A stretch of DNA of 64,000 nt, taken from contig JAXGYC010000007.1 in assembly GCA_040772485.1 (NCBI GenBank), positions 384,001 to 448,000 of the forward strand. The letters run 5' to 3'. The notes under the pieces were generated by a model that saw only the letters and a list, made by a program, of their open reading frames with translations, ran no database searches and was not told the DNA's origin. Origin of the DNA: Sedimentisphaerales bacterium (GTDB taxonomy: Bacteria; Planctomycetota; Phycisphaerae; Sedimentisphaerales; Anaerobacaceae). The translations under genes were made by a program, and so were the position numbers. The first letter of the stretch is position 1, and each line of letters begins with the position of its first letter. Below, piece after piece: positions 18,380-27,278 of the stretch.

Positions 18380-21300
18380 TCAACGTGATTCCGCGTCGAT
18401 CATCTGTTGGATCTTCTCGCGTCGTGCGATGAGTGTCTGCTGCATCTGGCGGTCGGATGCCGCCAGCTCGATCGCCCGGTCAAGATGCTGCACCGCCAGG
18501 GCGCTCTTCTGCTGTCGCATGCTCAAGCCGGCGAGCAGATCATACGTGCGGACCTGCCCTTCCCGCGGCAGCAGGGGCAGCACGCGTTCCAGAGCCGCCA
18601 TCGCGCCGGGCAGGTCGCCCTGGGCGTCCCGCGCCTCCGCCAGATTCGTGTACGCATCGAGCAGGCGGGGGTTCCGCTGCAGGGCGTGCTCGAACGCTGC
18701 TGTCGCCTGATCGAACGCGTTGACACGCCGATAACAGATGCCTAGGTTGTTCCAGGCAGCCCCGTCGCCGGGACGGAGTTTGACGAAGCGCTCGTACTGC
18801 TCGATGGCGCGGCCGTAGTCCTGCGACAACACGTACCGTTTCGCCAGACGCCCGCGCAACTCCGCGGCGCCGGGCGTCCGCTCAACCGCTTCCTCCAGAG
18901 CCCGAATCTCTCCCCGCAGCTCTTCGAGGACGCTGTCCACGTCTCGGTCGTGGGGATTTGCCCGCCTGGCGGCCGCAAACTGCCCATTCATGATGTCCGG
19001 ATCGCCAATCAGAGCCCCTACAACACCTTGCAGCACGTGCCGGGTCGCCTGGCTGTACTGCCGGAGTATCGCTGCCGGGTCCTCCCCGCCCGGCAACGGG
19101 CCGACATTCGTCACATGGTCCAACAGCGGCGTGCAATGCTCGCCGATGGAGCGGAGGATGTCGAGCCAGGAACCCTCGACGTCGCGCTTGATCGCGGCGC
19201 CGAATTCCAGATAGGGCTTGTCGTCGGTGTGCAGAGGGCCCTGGCCGCCGAGCCTCGTCAATTCCTTCTCGCCCACCAGGAGGCAATCGAGGAAATCGTA
19301 GACGCTATACACATTGATCTGTTCGAGGTCTCTGGCAATATCAGGACGCCCGGCAATCGCCTTGATGCGTCGGAAGTCCAGTTGCATCGGCTCGACCGTC
19401 CCGAGGAGCACGGCGTGTTTGTTGACGCAGTTGTTGACTACCCACAAGGAGCTGTGAGGCATCGCGGCCTGGAAGCTCCGCATGATGATGCGGAAATCCT
19501 CCGGCCGCAGGTCGAGCGGCACCCAGCAGGACAGCACGCCCCTGGGTTTGAGACGGTTGCGACAGGCCTTGAAGTGATCGTACGTGTAGAGGGCCGAACT
19601 GCCTGTCGTGCCCGGATAGGTCGAGTCGTTCATGATGACGTCGAACTCCTCCTCGGTCATCTTGATGAAGTTCTTCCCGTCCATGATGATCTTGCGGAGC
19701 CTCGGATTCGCATACGAGCGACGGTTGATCTCATCGAAGAAGACGCCCGCCTCAAACACGCCCGGACAGATATCGACGATCGTGTAGCGCGCGACGCCGA
19801 AATCCAGACCGATCCCGCAGGTCTCGCCGCTGCCGTAGCCGATCTGGACCACGTCCTGCGGGTTCTCGTGGACGAACAGCGGCGCGTACGCCTGGAGCTT
19901 CTGCGTCGTCCGCAGCATCAGGTCCATGCCCGCAACGTCTACACCATCGACGGCGATCACGCGGTCGCCATCGGGCAGGTCGTGGACCGTCACGGTCCCG
20001 GTGACGCCGTCGTCGATGAACACGATCCGGCTGGGATGGTGATACGTGTTCACGGTTTGCAGGAACACGTCGCGCGGAATCCAGACGGCACAGGCCGCCA
20101 CCAGCAGAATGGAAACCACCGTCCCTGCCATCGCGAGCGTTCTGTGTCGCTTGTCCGAGAGCGCAACCAGCACAATCGCCAGGGCGAAGAGGGCCGCGAC
20201 AACCAGCAGAAAGCTGTTCCGCAATCCCAGAAGCGGGATCACCAGGAAGCCAGCCGCCGCAGAGCCGAGGACGCAGCCGATCGTGTTGGACGCATATACC
20301 TGGCCCACGCGCCGGCCCACCGTCTCCCAGACCGGCGCGCAGATTCGCACCGCGACGGGGAACACCATTCCCATCAGGACTGTGGGAACGAAAATTACCG
20401 CAAGGGTGTCAATGAAATGGACCATGCTGTCGCCGGCGAACGAGATCTTCCAGTCGACTACGCGAGCCAGGACCCAGGCGTCGAGAGCCCACAGCCAACC
20501 CAAGATCAGGATCGACCCCAGAATCGACAGCGCCAGCAGGAATTCGATCACTCCAAACGCAAGGATCGGGTCCTTCAGGCGAGGCACCAGCAGCACGCTC
20601 GACAGAAGGCTGCCCAAGGCAAGGCCCAGAACAAAGCACGTCAGCATGCAGGCGAAGGCGTAAGCGGACGTCCCCAGGACAAACACGAGCACCCGCGACC
20701 AGAGCACTTCCATCGCCATCGCGCAGAATCCCGCCACGAAAACGCCGACCAGGGCAATCGTCCGGACGCGCTCGGAGTATACGGTGGGCGATTCCTGCGC
20801 CCGCGCAATCTGTTCCCGGAGAGCGGCGAGGCCCTGCTGCTTGCGTTTGGCCGCTCCAGGAATCACCGGTCGCGGCCTGATCCCCAAGGACAGCAGCCAG
20901 GCCAGACTGCCGATGGCCACGTTGGCCGTCGCGGTCACGTAAATCGACGAATTCACGCCCAGCAGCCGAATCAGGTAGTAGCCCGACAGGAAACTGCCCA
21001 GGACGGCGCCGAACGTGTTGACCGCGTAGAGCAGACCGACGCCCTGTCCGGTCCGCAAGCGCGACTCGCCCCTGCCCGGCGTGGCCGCCCAGAGCCCGCT
21101 GAGGACCGGCAAGGTCCCACCCATCAAGACGGTCGGGACCAGGAGAATCAGAATCGAGACGACGAAACGCACCAGATTCATCGCGTGAGGGCCCGGCTGG
21201 TATGTCTGATAGAACCACAGGTAGAACCGGTCCACTGCGTTCAGAATGGCCGGAAAGGCAAAGGCATAGACGCCGACTCCCAGCTCCAGCCAGGCGTAGA

Positions 21301-21550
21301 GTCTCAGCGGTCGCGTCATGCGGTCGGCGTGCCGCCCGAGCAGCCAGCTTCCGATGGCCAGACCCAGCATGAAGGCCGTCAGAATGGTGCTGGCGGCAAA
21401 GACCGTGTTGCCGAAGACCGCCCCGAGGGACCGCATCCAGGTCACCTCGTAGACGAGACCGGTCGCACCGGATATCAGGAACAGAGGGAGAATCAGCCCG
21501 CGATGATTTGGTGAGACCGGCGGGCCTTGCGTTGTCGCCTTCATGTCCAT
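18380..21550 (-). CDS. Fused multi-TM / spermidine-synthase-like SAM-binding protein with C-terminal TPRs
   Basis: LFLISGATGLVYEVTW, LYAVNTFGAVLG, QIGYGSGET, FDVIMND, LHTDDKPYLEF; TPR-like AWNNLG/AYTNLA repeats. Confidence 0.88.
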   Translation of the reverse strand: MDMKATTQGPPVSPNHRGLILPLFLISGATGLVYEVTWMRSLGAVFGNTVFAASTILTAFMLGLAIGSWLLGRHADRMTRPLRLYAWLELGVGVYAFAFPAILNAVDRFYLWFYQTYQPGPHAMNLVRFVVSILILLVPTVLMGGTLPVLSGLWAATPGRGESRLRTGQGVGLLYAVNTFGAVLGSFLSGYYLIRLLGVNSSIYVTATANVAIGSLAWLLSLGIRPRPVIPGAAKRKQQGLAALREQIARAQESPTVYSERVRTIALVGVFVAGFCAMAMEVLWSRVLVFVLGTSAYAFACMLTCFVLGLALGSLLSSVLLVPRLKDPILAFGVIEFLLALSILGSILILGWLWALDAWVLARVVDWKISFAGDSMVHFIDTLAVIFVPTVLMGMVFPVAVRICAPVWETVGRRVGQVYASNTIGCVLGSAAAGFLVIPLLGLRNSFLLVVAALFALAIVLVALSDKRHRTLAMAGTVVSILLVAACAVWIPRDVFLQTVNTYHHPSRIVFIDDGVTGTVTVHDLPDGDRVIAVDGVDVAGMDLMLRTTQKLQAYAPLFVHENPQDVVQIGYGSGETCGIGLDFGVARYTIVDICPGVFEAGVFFDEINRRSYANPRLRKIIMDGKNFIKMTEEEFDVIMNDSTYPGTTGSSALYTYDHFKACRNRLKPRGVLSCWVPLDLRPEDFRIIMRSFQAAMPHSSLWVVNNCVNKHAVLLGTVEPMQLDFRRIKAIAGRPDIARDLEQINVYSVYDFLDCLLVGEKELTRLGGQGPLHTDDKPYLEFGAAIKRDVEGSWLDILRSIGEHCTPLLDHVTNVGPLPGGEDPAAILRQYSQATRHVLQGVVGALIGDPDIMNGQFAAARRANPHDRDVDSVLEELRGEIRALEEAVERTPGAAELRGRLAKRYVLSQDYGRAIEQYERFVKLRPGDGAAWNNLGICYRRVNAFDQATAAFEHALQRNPRLLDAYTNLAEARDAQGDLPGAMAALERVLPLLPREGQVRTYDLLAGLSMRQQKSALAVQHLDRAIELAASDRQMQQTLIARREKIQQMIDAESR

Positions 21551-21700
21551 GCCTTCCCAGGAGAACTCGAAATGACGACTACACAGTTTCGAAACACAGT
21601 GTATCCACTTTGCAGGTTTCGATCAAGTCCCGTTCAAAGACGGGGAACCTCTGGGGGGTGGTGAAGGCAGCGCAACGGGGCTCCGGGACGGCGGGACCTG

Positions 21701-22216
21701 TTATTCGAGTAAGACCGGAAGGTCGATCGCGCAGGCGCGGAAATGGTCGGCCGAGAGTGTCACCGTCTGCCAGCGGACGCTGCGCTCTTTCATGTGCCGC
21801 CGGTAGTCCTCCAGGCGAATGCAGAAGAAGACGTACCGGTCCGGACCGAGGCAGAGCACGTCGCGCCCGTCGAAATCGACGTCGATGCGTGCTGCCCGGT
21901 AGGCGAAGACGAAGGCCGCTTCGTGGCCTGGGCCCAGGGCCTTGGCCCAGGCGCCAAGCCCGCGAACATCGTCACGCGTCACCCAGCATTCCAGGCCCTT
22001 GAGCCCGGCCAGGCTCGTTCCGGCGAATGTTCGCCCTTTGACCTCGACCACGATGCGTCGGCCGAGAGGAGCGTAGAGGAGGAAATCGAAGTTCTTGACC
22101 GTCTGTCTGGCGGTTCCGATGCGCTGGTGCTCGTCGGCGCGGACATACTCCACCTGGTGGTCGATCAGCCAGCTTTCGAACGCTCGCTCGTAATGATTGG
22201 CCGCCGAGTCCCTCAT
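21701..22216 (-). CDS. HYExAFE-family protein (PD-(D/E)XK-like fold)
   Basis: N-terminal NHYERAFE; KNFDFLL...VVEVKGR motif. Confidence 0.85.
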   Translation of the reverse strand: MRDSAANHYERAFESWLIDHQVEYVRADEHQRIGTARQTVKNFDFLLYAPLGRRIVVEVKGRTFAGTSLAGLKGLECWVTRDDVRGLGAWAKALGPGHEAAFVFAYRAARIDVDFDGRDVLCLGPDRYVFFCIRLEDYRRHMKERSVRWQTVTLSADHFRACAIDLPVLLE

Positions 22217-22296
22217 GCGACTATCACCTTCCCCTCGCAGGCCAGGCCGCCGATGGCACGCGGAGATCGATATCGGCTCTCCCCGCCGCCGCGAAG

Positions 22297-23415
22297 CTAC
22301 TTCTTCGCATCGAACAGAAGCGGCAGCACCTCGTTCAGATAATGCCTCCAGAGACGCCATTCGTGGGCGCCGTCTGTGATGTGGGCGGTGTGCTTGATCG
22401 CTTTGGCTTCGAGCGCCGCCAGGAACCGCTGATTGGCCTCGAACAGGAAGTCCTTCCTGCCGCAACCGATCCAGAGAAGCCGCAGCTTCCTATTCAATGT
22501 CTCCGGCGTAGCCAGCAGCGTATCAAGCTCTTCGCCGGACGGTGTACTGGAGCTGAACGCGACGACCCAGCCGAACATCTCCGGATGTCCCAGCCCGATC
22601 CGCAGCGATTGGCCCCCTCCCATGGACAGCCCCGCGATCGCCCGGTGCTCCGAATCGCTGTGTACGCGGTAGTTGTGCTCGACGAACGGGATCACATCGC
22701 CGATCAGATCGGCTTCGAAGCTTCTCCAGTTTCGAGGCCGGCTCCGGTCGGACGTGATGCTCGGCGTGTGCCCATACGGCATTACGATGATCATCGGCCT
22801 GGCCCTTCCGGCCGCCAGGGCGTTGTCCATGACCGCGTTGGCCCGTCCGACGATGGTCCAGGCGTCTTCCGTATCTCCGCTGCCATGCAACAGATACAGC
22901 ACGGGGTACCTGGCCTGGCCCGACGTCTCATACGCCGGGGGCGTGTAGACGTAGAGACCCCGCGTGGTATCCAACGATTTGGAATGGTAGCGGTGGACGT
23001 GCATGGTGCCGTGAGGAACGTTCTGCTCCTCGTAGAACATAGGCGGATCGCCGAGAACCAGGACCATGCTTCGCGCGCTGCGGCGCCAGACCTTGACGAA
23101 CGGATTCATCGGATCGGCGATGGCCAAACCATCCACCTTGAAGTTGTACTCGTGGATCTCCGGGGCGAGCGGCCCGACAGTGATCGACCAGAGCCCCTCG
23201 CCATCCTTGACCATCGGCTCGGGCTCGGAGAGGAAATTCGCCTCCAGCAGCACGCGCTGAGCATCCGGGGCACGAAGGTAGAACATCACCTTGCGATCCG
23301 TGTGCACCTGGGGCCAGATTTCCGCGGCCTGCGACTGGGCCTCGACGGGAGGACAAACCACGCTGCACAACAAGACCACGGACACGATGAATCGGCACAA
23401 ACCATATCGGTTCAT
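22297..23415 (-). CDS. Secreted esterase (alpha/beta hydrolase, CE1-like) with N-terminal Ig/CBM48-like domain
   Basis: YPVLYLLHG, GLSMGG nucleophile elbow, GAHEW; signal peptide. Confidence 0.9.
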   Translation of the reverse strand: MNRYGLCRFIVSVVLLCSVVCPPVEAQSQAAEIWPQVHTDRKVMFYLRAPDAQRVLLEANFLSEPEPMVKDGEGLWSITVGPLAPEIHEYNFKVDGLAIADPMNPFVKVWRRSARSMVLVLGDPPMFYEEQNVPHGTMHVHRYHSKSLDTTRGLYVYTPPAYETSGQARYPVLYLLHGSGDTEDAWTIVGRANAVMDNALAAGRARPMIIVMPYGHTPSITSDRSRPRNWRSFEADLIGDVIPFVEHNYRVHSDSEHRAIAGLSMGGGQSLRIGLGHPEMFGWVVAFSSSTPSGEELDTLLATPETLNRKLRLLWIGCGRKDFLFEANQRFLAALEAKAIKHTAHITDGAHEWRLWRHYLNEVLPLLFDAKK

Positions 23416-23466
23416 TGTGATCTCCCCGCACATTTCGGGCCCGCCACCACGGATGCCCTGGTAAAC

Positions 23467-24765
23467 CTACGTTGTTCCGTCCGGCTCCGGCAGCAACTGA
23501 TTCACGTGCACCTGGTTCTGCTCTCCGCTGGCCATGTCCTTGACGACAAGCTCCTGGCGGTCGAGATACTCCTGACCGATGATAATGCATCGGCCGGCGT
23601 TCTGGGAGGAGGCCTCCTTCAACTGCTTGGAAAGCCCGCCCACCTTATAGCTGAAATTGGCGGAATGGCCGGCGGCGCGCAGCCTGGCGGCCACGGAGTA
23701 CATCGCCTTGGCGCAGGCGGCATCCGCACAGGCCACGAAGTATTCGAGCCGTCGCGGCGGGACCTGGCTGTCCAGAAGCCCCTTCTGATGCAGCAGGATC
23801 TCCAGCACGCAGTCGCCCATGCCCATCCCGGTGGCGGGAATCGCCGGCCCGCCGAAGTCACGAAGAAGGTTGTCGTACCGCCCCCCGCCGCAGATGGCGC
23901 GCAGCTCGCCGACGATGTCATGGATCTCGAATACCACGCCGGTGTAGTAGGCCAGACCTCGCACGATGGCTGGATCGAACACGCAGTACTCGGCCACGCC
24001 CATCAGCTTCAGCGTCGCGAAGACACTCTGCATCTGCTCGACGGCGGTGCGGATCTCGTCATTCAGGGGGACGACGCGCTCGATCTCGCCGACGGAATTC
24101 AACGCGAGGAAATCCGAGATGCGCCGGGCCTGCTCCTTGTCGGGAACCTGCTCGGCCAGCATCGCCTCGAACGTGTCGGCCGGCAGCTTGGCCTTCTTGT
24201 CCAGCAAGGCGTACATGCCATCAAACTTGCCCTCGTCGATGCCGATGCCCCGGAGGACCGAGGCCAGGAGCTTGCGGCTGGAGATCTTGGCCCGGATATC
24301 TCTGCTGGTCAAGCCGACCGTGCGAAGGTAGTCCAGCGATGTGAAGATCACCTCCGCGTCCGCTTCAGGACTGTCGATGCCGATGATGTCGATGTTCCAC
24401 TGGAAGAACTCGCGCAGCCGTCCTTTCTGAGGCCGCTCGGCCCGGCACAGCCGCGGCACGGAAAACCACTTGATCGGTCGGGGCAACGAGTTGATCTGCT
24501 GGTTGACCATGCGCGCCAGGGTAGGCGTGATCTCCGGCCGGATCGCCAAATCCCGCCCGCCGCGGTCCTGGAACGAGAAGAGCTGCTCGACGATCTCCTG
24601 ACCGCTCTTGATCTGATACATCATCAGGTGCTCGAAGATCGGGCCGTCGTATTCCTCGAAGCCGTTCCGAATGGAGACGCTCTTCCACCCGTCGATGATC
24701 CAGTTGCGACGGGCCATCTCGGGCGGGTAGAAATCCCGCGTTCCTTTTACCGGCGGTATCTTCAT
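23467..24765 (-). CDS. hisS: Histidine--tRNA ligase
   Basis: KGTRDF, RPEITP, RAERPQKGRLREFFQ, RGLAYYTG and GGGRYD motifs. Confidence 0.97.
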   Translation of the reverse strand: MKIPPVKGTRDFYPPEMARRNWIIDGWKSVSIRNGFEEYDGPIFEHLMMYQIKSGQEIVEQLFSFQDRGGRDLAIRPEITPTLARMVNQQINSLPRPIKWFSVPRLCRAERPQKGRLREFFQWNIDIIGIDSPEADAEVIFTSLDYLRTVGLTSRDIRAKISSRKLLASVLRGIGIDEGKFDGMYALLDKKAKLPADTFEAMLAEQVPDKEQARRISDFLALNSVGEIERVVPLNDEIRTAVEQMQSVFATLKLMGVAEYCVFDPAIVRGLAYYTGVVFEIHDIVGELRAICGGGRYDNLLRDFGGPAIPATGMGMGDCVLEILLHQKGLLDSQVPPRRLEYFVACADAACAKAMYSVAARLRAAGHSANFSYKVGGLSKQLKEASSQNAGRCIIIGQEYLDRQELVVKDMASGEQNQVHVNQLLPEPDGTT

Positions 24766-25169
24766 GCCTTCCTGGTCTTTCCCTTGCGCTTCGTGGCACG
24801 CTGCTTCTCGGTCACGTTGTTGTCGAACTTGATCCGAATGTACTCCTCCATCTCCTTGTCGTTGGTGAAATGGAGCTCGTAGTCATACTCCCCCTCGACG
24901 AGATCGCAATCGGAGTGCTTGTACTTGCGGCAGATATTCGGCCGCTTCTCGTAGATCCGGCAGCGGTAGTCGGTCTCGGAAAGGTGGCGGCACTTGTTCT
25001 TGACGTTCACGTACCAGTCACCGTCCTCGACAAAAACCGTGACGTCCTTGTGGCACAGAAACCATCGGATGTCGTCGAGGTCCTCCTTCGTCTCCGGCGT
25101 CTCGATCGGCAGCGCAAAGTACCGACAGCACAGTCCTGTACACCTGTCACATTGGCTCTTCTTGGCCAT
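24762..25169 (-). CDS. YkgJ-family cysteine-cluster protein
   Basis: CDRCTGLCC...CRHL...CRIYEKRPNICR; 4-nt overlap with hisS start. Confidence 0.88.
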   Translation of the reverse strand: MAKKSQCDRCTGLCCRYFALPIETPETKEDLDDIRWFLCHKDVTVFVEDGDWYVNVKNKCRHLSETDYRCRIYEKRPNICRKYKHSDCDLVEGEYDYELHFTNDKEMEEYIRIKFDNNVTEKQRATKRKGKTRKA

Positions 25170-25419
25170 CCAGTATCCTTCATTTGGCTTCATGCAGGGC
25201 GCATTTGTCTTTCACGCCCCCTATATAAGACGTGAGGGCCGGACCGTCAAGAACCGGTGTTCGGCCGGACCGACAATCCGACACGACAGAGGCCTTCTCC
25301 TGCCCCAGGGCCACCATACCCCAGAGGCATGGACCGTCATCGCAATGATGTTCCGCCGCGGTCTGGGCAGCGGCCGCTTGCGTCGCCTCACGTTTCTGGG
25401 AAAAATTCCCCACGCGCGA

Positions 25420-25448
25420 TTGACCAGACCAACCATCTCAGATACGAT
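25420..25448 (+). promoter_or_regulatory. Sigma70-type promoter
   Basis: TTGACC(25420-25425)-17 nt-TACGAT(25443-25448). Confidence 0.6.
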
Positions 25449-25454
25449 AGATGC

Positions 25455-25528
25455 CGAAACGATTGTCCACAGGCCCCCGCAAAGTCTCGCTTCCTCTCCC
25501 TCATCAAATGCGGGGGCTTCTTTCTTCT
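25455..25528 (+). ncRNA. Candidate ~75-nt small RNA (or attenuator) ending in an intrinsic terminator
   Basis: Follows the promoter; stem AGGCCCCCGCA(25471-25481)/TGCGGGGGCTT(25509-25519), 27-nt CU-rich loop, then CTTTCTTCT. Confidence 0.4.
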
Positions 25529-25706
25529 ACTGGTGCGCCCGACCCTGTCCTGCAACCTCCCGACGGGCGATCCCATCGCCGGGGTCTCGCTGTGAGGGAA
25601 GTCCTTGGGACTTGCATTCTCTCGGCGCACCTGCGACACTGTCACAGCAGCATTCGTGTGTGGCAATTGTGCAGGCTCCGATAGGAAATCCCGCGTGGCA
25701 AGGAAG

Positions 25707-27236
25707 ATGGCAAGACGATTGGCTGGCACGGTGGCCTTCTGTGGCCTCCTTGTTGCTGTGGCGTCCTGCTCTCCCGGAACTCCGGAGACGCACCGCGAAG
25801 TTGCCCGCGAGCCCAACCTGAGCCCCGATTACTCGGGCACGGTGATCCCCGCCAACATCGCCCCTCTGAACCTCCAGATTCTGGAAGAAGGTCGGGCTTA
25901 TCTCCTGAAGATCCGGTCAGAGAGCGGATCGCCCATTACTGTCTCCAGCAGGACCGGGCAGATGCGCATCCCGCGTCGCCCATGGCGTGCCCTGCTCAGC
26001 GCCAACCGGGGCCGCGATCTGCATTTCGATGTCTACGTCCAGGACGCAGACCGCCAGTGGAGGCGCTTTGAGCCGGTCACCAACGCCATCGCAAAGGAAG
26101 ACATCGATGGTACACTGGTGTTCCGCTTCATGAAGCCGATCTACAACTGGTGGAAGGACATCGGCATCTACCAGCGAGACCTCGGCAGCTACGATACATC
26201 GGTGGTCCTGCACGGCCGGTCGTTCGGCGAGGGATGCCTCAACTGCCACAGTTTCGTGCGCAATGAGCCGGACACGATGTCCATCAGCCTGCGCAGCGCA
26301 ACCTATGGCAGCCACACGCTGCTGGCCCGAGACGGCCGCGTCGACAAGGTCGGCGCCAAGTGGGGCTACACCGCGTGGCACCCGAGCGGCCGGCTGGCGG
26401 TGTATTCCATGAACAAGGTGATTCAGTTCTTCCGGGCGGGCGCGCTGGAGGTCCGCGACGTGGCCGACCTGGATTCGGCCCTGGTGTGCTATCAGGTCGA
26501 GAGCCGCAAGACCTTCTCTCCGCCCGAACTGGCCGACAAGGACCGGCTGGAAACCTATCCCGCCTGGTCCCCCGACGGCAAATACCTCTACTATTGCAGC
26601 GCTCCGATCCTGTGGGAAGATCGCAACGCAGTGCCCCCCGCCCACTACGAGGATCTCAAATATGACCTCTGGCGCATTCCGTACGACATCGAGACGGGCC
26701 AATGGGGCACGGCCGAAGCTTTCCTGTCGGCTCAGGAGACTGGTCTGAGCATCCAACTGCCAAGGTTCTCGCCGGATGGACGGTTTCTGCTGTTCTGTAT
26801 GTGCCGCTATGGCTGCTTTCCCATCTATCAGCCCAGCAGCGATCTCTACATCATGGACATGGCCACCAGGCAGTATCGCAAGCTGGCGATCAACAGCGAA
26901 CACTCGGAATCGTGGCACAGTTGGTCGAGCAATAGTCGGTGGGTCGCGTTCAGCAGCAAGCGGCCGGGCGGCCTGTTCACCCGCACGTATCTGAGCTACG
27001 TGGACGAAACCGGCGCCGCGCACAAGCCCTTCGTCGTACCCCAGCGGGACCCGGCCCACTACGATTCGTTGCTGGAAACATACAGTGTCCCGGAACTGGT
27101 CAACGGGCCGGTTGACGTCAGTAGATGGCGGCTCGCGCAGGCGGCCCGGGCCGAGCCATCCATCGCCACGGACATGCCCATCACGGGCGCGACACCGAAA
27201 ACCGTGCCCTCCGATCCCTGGCAGGAGCGAGAGTAG
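25707..27236 (+). CDS. TolB-like (PD40 beta-propeller) lipoprotein with a CxxCH motif
   Basis: Lipobox VASC; PDYSGTVIPANIAPLN; CLNCH; YPAWSPDG, PRFSPDG and HSWSSNSRW repeats. Confidence 0.8.
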   Translation: MARRLAGTVAFCGLLVAVASCSPGTPETHREVAREPNLSPDYSGTVIPANIAPLNLQILEEGRAYLLKIRSESGSPITVSSRTGQMRIPRRPWRALLSANRGRDLHFDVYVQDADRQWRRFEPVTNAIAKEDIDGTLVFRFMKPIYNWWKDIGIYQRDLGSYDTSVVLHGRSFGEGCLNCHSFVRNEPDTMSISLRSATYGSHTLLARDGRVDKVGAKWGYTAWHPSGRLAVYSMNKVIQFFRAGALEVRDVADLDSALVCYQVESRKTFSPPELADKDRLETYPAWSPDGKYLYYCSAPILWEDRNAVPPAHYEDLKYDLWRIPYDIETGQWGTAEAFLSAQETGLSIQLPRFSPDGRFLLFCMCRYGCFPIYQPSSDLYIMDMATRQYRKLAINSEHSESWHSWSSNSRWVAFSSKRPGGLFTRTYLSYVDETGAAHKPFVVPQRDPAHYDSLLETYSVPELVNGPVDVSRWRLAQAARAEPSIATDMPITGATPKTVPSDPWQERE

Positions 27237-27278
27237 CCCTCCGGGACAAGGAACACGCAAACCAGGAGACAAACGAGC

